Source of the DNA: Candidatus Spongiisociaceae bacterium
GTDB lineage: Bacteria > Actinomycetota > Acidimicrobiia > Spongiisociales > Spongiisociaceae
DNA length: 64,000 nt
Direction: 5' to 3'
Assembly (NCBI GenBank): GCA_965202665.1
Contig: OZ241841.1
Coordinates: 928,001-992,000 of the forward strand
Part shown: piece after piece, positions 58,746-64,000 of the stretch
Layout: the number at the start of each line of letters is the position of its first letter
How positions within the stretch are numbered: the first letter of the stretch is position 1
Program-made: the position numbers and the translations under genes
The notes under the pieces: model-generated
What the model saw: only the letters and a program-made list of their open reading frames with translations
Told to the model about the DNA's origin: nothing
Databases searched by the model: none

Positions 58746-59965
58746 TGGTCACCCCTCTCGGCAGTGATGGTGCCCCAAACATAGCCGCGCTCTTCGTGCA
58801 GCGACAAGTCGAGGCCTCTTGCTTCGTCGTTGGCGTCCACTCGCAGACCGACTGCGATGTCCACCACTTTGGCGATAATCCAGCTTACGACAAAGCTGAA
58901 TGCGCCAACCGCCAACACGGCCACGATCTGGTACCAGAGCAAAGCCGGGTTGCCGTAGAACATTCCGTCCTCCCCGTTGACGGAGCCGTCGGCGAACAGG
59001 CCCAGCAGGAGGGAACCGACCACTCCGCCCACCAAATGGATCCCGATCACATCCAGCGAGTCGTCCCAACCCAACTTGTATTTCAGGGCAACGCCGTGGT
59101 AGCAGACGTAACCGGCTACCAGGCCGAACACGATGGCCGCCCCCGGCCCCACGAAACCGGCCGCCGGGGTGATGGCCACCAAACCGGCCACCGCCCCCGA
59201 AGCGGCCCCCAGCATGGTCATGCGGCGCGGGGTCTGTTTGTCGTGCATCAATTCGGCGATGAACCAGCCCAGAATGCCGGTGCCCGCCCCCACCTGGGTG
59301 GAAATAAGGGCGTTGATGGCCACCCCGTCGGCGGCCAGGGCCGAACCGGCGTTGAATCCGAACCAGCCGAACCAGAGAATGCCGGTGCCGATGATCGTCA
59401 AAGGCAGCGAATGGGGGCGGAAGGGGGTTTTGGGAAAACCGATGCGCGGCCCCAGCACCATTACCACCGCCAGCGCCGCCACCCCGGCGTTGATGTGCAC
59501 CACCAAGCCGCCCGCGAAGTCGATGGCCCCCATGTCGCCGATCCAGCCCGCCCACGCCCAGTGGGTGACGAACGGGTAGACCAGGATGGACCACAGGGTG
59601 ATGAACAGCAACCAGGCTTTGAACTTCATCCGCCCGGCTACCGCGCCGGAGATGAGGGCGGGGGTGATGATGGCGAAGGTCAACTGGAACATGGCGGTTA
59701 GCAGGTCCGCTCCTTCCAGACCCCTCAACCCGAACCAGTCGAAGTCGCCGATAAACCCTCGACCGCCGTCTCCGAAGGCCAGCGTGTAACCGATGGCCAC
59801 CCAGATCACTGAAACCACGCCCATGGCTGAGAAGCTCATCATGAGCATATTCAGAACGTTTTTGGCACGTACCATCCCCCCGTAAAACAACGCCAAGCCC
59901 GGTGTCATGAACAACACCAAGGCGCTGGACGTTATTACCCAGGCAATCCCACCCGGATTATCCAT
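58742..59965 (-). CDS. amtB: Ammonium transporter paralog 1 (canonical)
   Basis: FQLTFAIIT, DFAGGLVVHINAG, GWFGFNAGSA, DDSLDVIGIH. Confidence 0.95.
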   Translation of the reverse strand: MDNPGGIAWVITSSALVLFMTPGLALFYGGMVRAKNVLNMLMMSFSAMGVVSVIWVAIGYTLAFGDGGRGFIGDFDWFGLRGLEGADLLTAMFQLTFAIITPALISGAVAGRMKFKAWLLFITLWSILVYPFVTHWAWAGWIGDMGAIDFAGGLVVHINAGVAALAVVMVLGPRIGFPKTPFRPHSLPLTIIGTGILWFGWFGFNAGSALAADGVAINALISTQVGAGTGILGWFIAELMHDKQTPRRMTMLGAASGAVAGLVAITPAAGFVGPGAAIVFGLVAGYVCYHGVALKYKLGWDDSLDVIGIHLVGGVVGSLLLGLFADGSVNGEDGMFYGNPALLWYQIVAVLAVGAFSFVVSWIIAKVVDIAVGLRVDANDEARGLDLSLHEERGYVWGTITAERGDQ

Positions 59966-60074
59966 AGCGCAACCTCCTTCAGTCGCCTAACCCCCCAAGC
60001 ATACAAAAACCGGCGGACATTCCAAAATTGAAGAAGGCGGCGGGCGACCCCCCGGCGCAGAGCCGGTTCCAAAC

Positions 60075-61226
60075 CTAGGGTTTGCGCCGCCGGATGCGCC
60101 ACCACCGGCGCCGCCCGGGGACGCGCAAGGCCTCCCCCAGGGCGGCCGGGGCGCCGGGATGGGTGGTGGCGTGGGGGGAAACCCGCAGGCAGCCGCCCCG
60201 TTCCGTAATCAAAAATCCGGCTTCGGCCAGCCGCCGGTGGGCGTCGGCCGCCGACTCCCCGGCCGGGCGGAAAGTGACTATCCCGCTGCGCTCCGCCGCC
60301 GACCGCGGCGCAACCAAAACTTCCCCCCCGGCCCGGCGCACCTGCTTGGCCACCGCCCGGGACCGTTCCAGGGCCGCCGCCTCGATGTCTTTGACGTCCG
60401 CCCCTTCCATCGCCTCCAAGGCCCCCGACAAGCCGGCGGCGGCGGTCAGGGGCGGGGTGCCCATCGCGAACCGGGCGGCGGAGGAAGCGGGGGGATGGGG
60501 GTAGGGCTCGGCGGTATCCAACGGATCTTCCACTCCCAGCCATCCGGTCAGGGTGGGTTGCAGCCGTTCCAAAGCCCGTTCGGAAACGGCCATTATCCCC
60601 ACCCCCATCCCGGCCCGCAGCCATTTGTGGCCGCCCGCCGCCACCACGTCCGCCGCCTCCCACGGCATGTCCAGGACGCCCAGGGCCTGCACCGCGTCCA
60701 CCACCACCAGCGCCTCCCCCGCCGCCTCCCGGATGCCGGCCAGGTCGCACCGGAACCCGGTGTGATAGTCCACGGCGCTGAAAGCCAGGGCGGAGACGCC
60801 GCCGTCCATGGCCTCCGCGAACAGGCCGGGCGTGATGCGGCCCTGCTGCGGGCTGATGAAACGGGTGCGGATGCGCCCCGCCTGCTCGGCCCGGGACCAG
60901 GGATAGAGGTTGCCGGGAAATTCGGCGGCGGGGACCAGAACCGTTCCCCCGGCCAAACCGAAAGCGACCGCGAACAGGCCGGCGGAGGTGTTGGCGGTCA
61001 GCGCCACCCGCTCCGGGGGGAAACCGAGCAGGGCCGCCGCCCGGCCTACGGCGGCGGACAGCATTTCCAGGGCCGCGGGCAGAAGGGGCCCATGCCGGCC
61101 CGACATGATCTCCCCCGCTTCTTCCATTCGGCGGCGGGCGGTGACCGACATGGCCCCGATGGAGGCGAAGTTCATAAAACCGAACGGCTCGTCGTATTGC
61201 TCCAAGAAGGCGGACGGCAAGTTCAT
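60075..61226 (-). CDS. Class V PLP-dependent aminotransferase (cysteine desulfurase-like)
   Basis: MNFASIG, NTSAG, EFPGN, VDAVQALG, GGHKWL, LRVSPH. Confidence 0.85.
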   Translation of the reverse strand: MNLPSAFLEQYDEPFGFMNFASIGAMSVTARRRMEEAGEIMSGRHGPLLPAALEMLSAAVGRAAALLGFPPERVALTANTSAGLFAVAFGLAGGTVLVPAAEFPGNLYPWSRAEQAGRIRTRFISPQQGRITPGLFAEAMDGGVSALAFSAVDYHTGFRCDLAGIREAAGEALVVVDAVQALGVLDMPWEAADVVAAGGHKWLRAGMGVGIMAVSERALERLQPTLTGWLGVEDPLDTAEPYPHPPASSAARFAMGTPPLTAAAGLSGALEAMEGADVKDIEAAALERSRAVAKQVRRAGGEVLVAPRSAAERSGIVTFRPAGESAADAHRRLAEAGFLITERGGCLRVSPHATTHPGAPAALGEALRVPGRRRWWRIRRRKP

Positions 61227-61330
61227 GGCCGGAAATCTACTATCCGCGTTGTCCCGCCCGGCCTTTCCGTAGGCTGGTAGGGGCCCGCCGGGGAACATTC
61301 GCCGGGAAGCGTCTTACAGAAGGAACGGAA

Positions 61331-62437
61331 ATGGCCGAGCTGCCCGCCGGGGCGGAGATGGTGATCATCGGGGGCGGGGTGATGGGAACCTCCGCCGCCT
61401 ACCATCTGGCCGCGGCCGGGGCCAAGCCCCTGTTGCTGGAAAGGGAAACGGTGGGCTCCGGTTCCACCGGCAAGGCGGCGGGCGGGTTCCGATGCCAATT
61501 CTCCGATGATCTGAACATCCGCATGGCCTTGGAGAACATCCGCCGCCTGGCCAGATTCGACGAAGAGTTCGGCGTCGACATCGGCTTTCGGCAATACGGG
61601 TACCTGTTTCTGCTGGAGGAGGAGTCGGTGGAAACCTTCCGGGCGGCTACGGACCGGCAGAACCGGCTGGGCGCCCCTTCCCGGTTGCTGACGCCGCAGG
61701 AAGCGGAACGTATCGTCCCCGGCCTTAATGTCGCCGGCCTGGCCGCCGCCGCCTTCTGCCCGGAGGACGGCTATTGCACCCCGGAAGCGGTGGCCCAAGG
61801 CTATATGAGGCGGGCGTTGGAGTTGGGGGCCCGGTTGGCTTCCGGTTGCGAGGCGCGGCGCATTTTGGTACGGGAGGGGCGGATCGCCGGGGTGGAAACC
61901 GACTGGGGGACGGTCTCCTCCGGAGAGGTAATTTTGACCGCCGGGGCGTGGAGCCCGGCCCTGGCCGCCCCGCTGGGTTTGGACCTGCCGGTGCGGATGG
62001 AAAAACGCCATATCTGGCTGACGCGGGGCCGGGACGGTTTCCCCCGGCGCCTCCCGCTGGTCATAGATTTCGCCTCCGGTTTCTACTTTCACCGGGAAGG
62101 GGAAGGGTTGCTGCTGGGAGGGAGGGAATCGTCTTTGGAGGATCTGGCCCCGGCGGTGCAACGGCGGGCGCCGGGCGTCATGGACCTGCAGGTGCGCTAC
62201 GGGTGGTGGGGGTTTTACGGCGTCAGTCCCGACCGCAACGCCCTGATCGGGACCGCCCCCGGCCTGCGCCTGCGCTACGCCGCCGGTTTCAGCGGCCACG
62301 GATTCCAGCAGGGCCCGGTGGTGGGGGAGCATCTGGCCGACTTGGCGCTGGGCAGAGCCCCCGCCTTCGACCTGTCCCCTTTGGACGCCGGGCGGTTCGC
62401 CCGCAACAACGCCCAGCCGGAGGCGGCGGTGGTATGA
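61331..62437 (+). CDS. FAD-dependent oxidoreductase (DAO/sarcosine oxidase beta family)
   Basis: IIGGGVMG, GSTGKAAGG, SPDRNALIG, GFSGHGFQQGP. Confidence 0.88.
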   Translation: MAELPAGAEMVIIGGGVMGTSAAYHLAAAGAKPLLLERETVGSGSTGKAAGGFRCQFSDDLNIRMALENIRRLARFDEEFGVDIGFRQYGYLFLLEEESVETFRAATDRQNRLGAPSRLLTPQEAERIVPGLNVAGLAAAAFCPEDGYCTPEAVAQGYMRRALELGARLASGCEARRILVREGRIAGVETDWGTVSSGEVILTAGAWSPALAAPLGLDLPVRMEKRHIWLTRGRDGFPRRLPLVIDFASGFYFHREGEGLLLGGRESSLEDLAPAVQRRAPGVMDLQVRYGWWGFYGVSPDRNALIGTAPGLRLRYAAGFSGHGFQQGPVVGEHLADLALGRAPAFDLSPLDAGRFARNNAQPEAAVV

Positions 62438-63687
62438 GCGGCGGCCTGGAACTTTCCCCCCGGGATCGGGAAATGCTGGCGGGCGCTTGCGGCCCGGCCG
62501 CGTCCATGGCCATGCGCTTGCTGACCGGGCTGGCCCGGGCGGCCGGAGCCCGGCGACTGATCGACATCACCGGGGCCCATGTGGACAGCGCCCTGTGCCA
62601 AGGGCGGGCCTCCCTGGATTTCGCGGCGCGGCTGCGGGACCTGGGGGGGCGGGTGCGGGTTCCCACCACTCTCAACATAGGGGCGGTGGACCTGCTGCAC
62701 CCGGAGCTGGTGGGGGGGGACGAGGCGACCCGGCGGATGGGGCGGGAGGTCATGGGGGCCTTCGTCGATATGGGCTGCGTTCCCACTTGGACCTGCGCCC
62801 CTTACCAAACGGTGAACCGGCCCGCCTTGGGGGAATACGTGGCGTGGGGGGAGTCAAACGCGGTGGTGTTCGCCAACTCGGTTTTAGGGGCCCGCACCCC
62901 CCGCTTCGGGGACTTCGCGGACATCGCGGCCGCGGTCGCCGGCCGCGCGCCGGAGATGGGGCTGTACCTGGACCGCAACCGGCGGGCGGATGTCCGCTAT
63001 CACCTGTCCGGTTTCTCCGCCGAACATTTGGCGAGCGAAGAGTTGTTTGCGGTGCTCGGTTACCTGATCGGGCGGGACGCGGGAACGGGGGTGCCGGTCA
63101 TAACCGGCGTGGAACAGGCGACGGAGGACCAGCTGAAGGCGCTGGGGGCGGCGGCGGCGGCCTCCGGAACGGTGGGAATGTTCCATATGGCGGGTATAAC
63201 CCCCGAAGCCCCTTCATGGCAGGCGGCGGCGGGGGGGCGGAGCCTGCGCCTGGTGGAGGTGACCCCGTCCCGGCTGGCCGCCGCCCGCAGGGCCCTGTCC
63301 ACCGCCGACGGCGGAGCGGTGCAGGTGGTCAACCTGGGAACCCCCCACTATTCGGCCCGCCAGGTGGAACGGCTGCGCCGCCTGCTGGCCGGGAGGCCGG
63401 TCCATCCGCAGGTGGCCCTGTACGTGAACCTGGGGCGGGAGACGCTGGCCGGGCTGTCCTGCGCCGGGGAACTGGAAGAGTCGGGGGTGACGTTCGTGAC
63501 CGACACCTGCACCTATGTGACCTCCATTCTGGACGATCGGGCGCGGCTGGCGATGTGCGACTCGGCCAAATGGGCCTACTACGCCCCCGGCAACCTGGGA
63601 ATAGAGGTGGTGTTCGGTTCCGCGGAGGAATGCGTGGAGTCGGCGGTGGCGGGCCGGGTGATGCGGGAGGAGAACCCGTGGGGCTGA
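62434..63687 (+). CDS. Aconitase X catalytic (large) subunit
   Basis: AHVDS, PTTLN, TWTCAPY, WGESNAVVFANSVLGART, FHMAGITPEA, GTPH, DTC, SAKWAYY. Confidence 0.9.
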   Translation: MSGGLELSPRDREMLAGACGPAASMAMRLLTGLARAAGARRLIDITGAHVDSALCQGRASLDFAARLRDLGGRVRVPTTLNIGAVDLLHPELVGGDEATRRMGREVMGAFVDMGCVPTWTCAPYQTVNRPALGEYVAWGESNAVVFANSVLGARTPRFGDFADIAAAVAGRAPEMGLYLDRNRRADVRYHLSGFSAEHLASEELFAVLGYLIGRDAGTGVPVITGVEQATEDQLKALGAAAAASGTVGMFHMAGITPEAPSWQAAAGGRSLRLVEVTPSRLAAARRALSTADGGAVQVVNLGTPHYSARQVERLRRLLAGRPVHPQVALYVNLGRETLAGLSCAGELEESGVTFVTDTCTYVTSILDDRARLAMCDSAKWAYYAPGNLGIEVVFGSAEECVESAVAGRVMREENPWG

Positions 63688-64000
63688 CGCGGGCGGCGGG
63701 CGTTGCCCATCAGGCCGGTTCGGCCGAGGGGTTGAGCCTGCGGCTGACCGAGCCGATAAGTTTCTGGGGCGGGGTGGACCCGGCGAACGGGGTAATAATC
63801 GACCGCCGCCATCCCCAAGCGGGCCGGTCCGTTTCCGGCCGAATTTTGCTGATGCCCCACGGGCGGGGTTCCACCACCGGGGCGGGGTCTCTGGCGGAAT
63901 GCATCCGGGTAGGAACCGGCCCGGCGGGAATAATCCTGCAAACCCCAGACCACGTAATGACCGTGGGCGTGTTGGCCGCGGCCGAGTTATACCCGGATCG
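63678..64000 (+). CDS. Aconitase X swivel (DUF126) small subunit, partial
   Basis: From GTG 63678: ...EPISFWGGVDPANGVIIDRRHPQAG.SVSGRILLMPHGRGSTTG. Confidence 0.88.
   Translation, partial: MGLTRAAGVAHQAGSAEGLSLRLTEPISFWGGVDPANGVIIDRRHPQAGRSVSGRILLMPHGRGSTTGAGSLAECIRVGTGPAGIILQTPDHVMTVGVLAAAELYPD

Noticed and set aside
1-64000. tRNA/rRNA genes
   Set aside because: No cloverleaf (T-loop GTTCGA with acceptor stem) or rRNA signature recognised in intergenic regions

Overview
High-GC bacterial chromosomal segment, most likely Actinomycetota (Acidimicrobiia-like). This placement is inferred from gene content and from frequent TANNNT boxes 6-9 nt upstream of ATGs, which suggests leaderless genes. 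The window is mostly core and metabolic genes: the t6A operon (tsaD/rimI/tsaB/tsaE plus a UDG and a P1 peptidase), ychF with a DUF368 gene, an archaeal-style nurA-herA-mre11(sbcD)-rad50(sbcC) operon, trpS, and cimA with a clear Ile-type leader/attenuator. It also has a B12-dependent methylamine/betaine demethylation cluster (DMG dehydrogenase and ETF divergent from corrinoid protein, DUF1638, MeTr, RACo, MttB-family, MetF, PabB/C), an RDD gene array, nrdJ, arsM, sufB, gltBD, an amt-glnK-amt cluster and an aconitase X locus. The main accessory signals are: (i) an AT-rich, translationally coupled TauD-type 2OG-Fe(II) dioxygenase + HEPN/Zn-ribbon cassette (46572-48172), the best candidate for an undescribed defence system; (ii) a 23-bp tandem array upstream of an AAA/PD-(D/E)xK (DUF4143-like) gene; (iii) an AAA ATPase whose middle appears replaced by foreign DNA; (iv) an MNT gene broken by a 6-bp duplication; (v) a PII protein lacking the 2-OG and modification residues, paired with a divergent Amt. 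All calls come from reading motifs by eye; no database searches were run.
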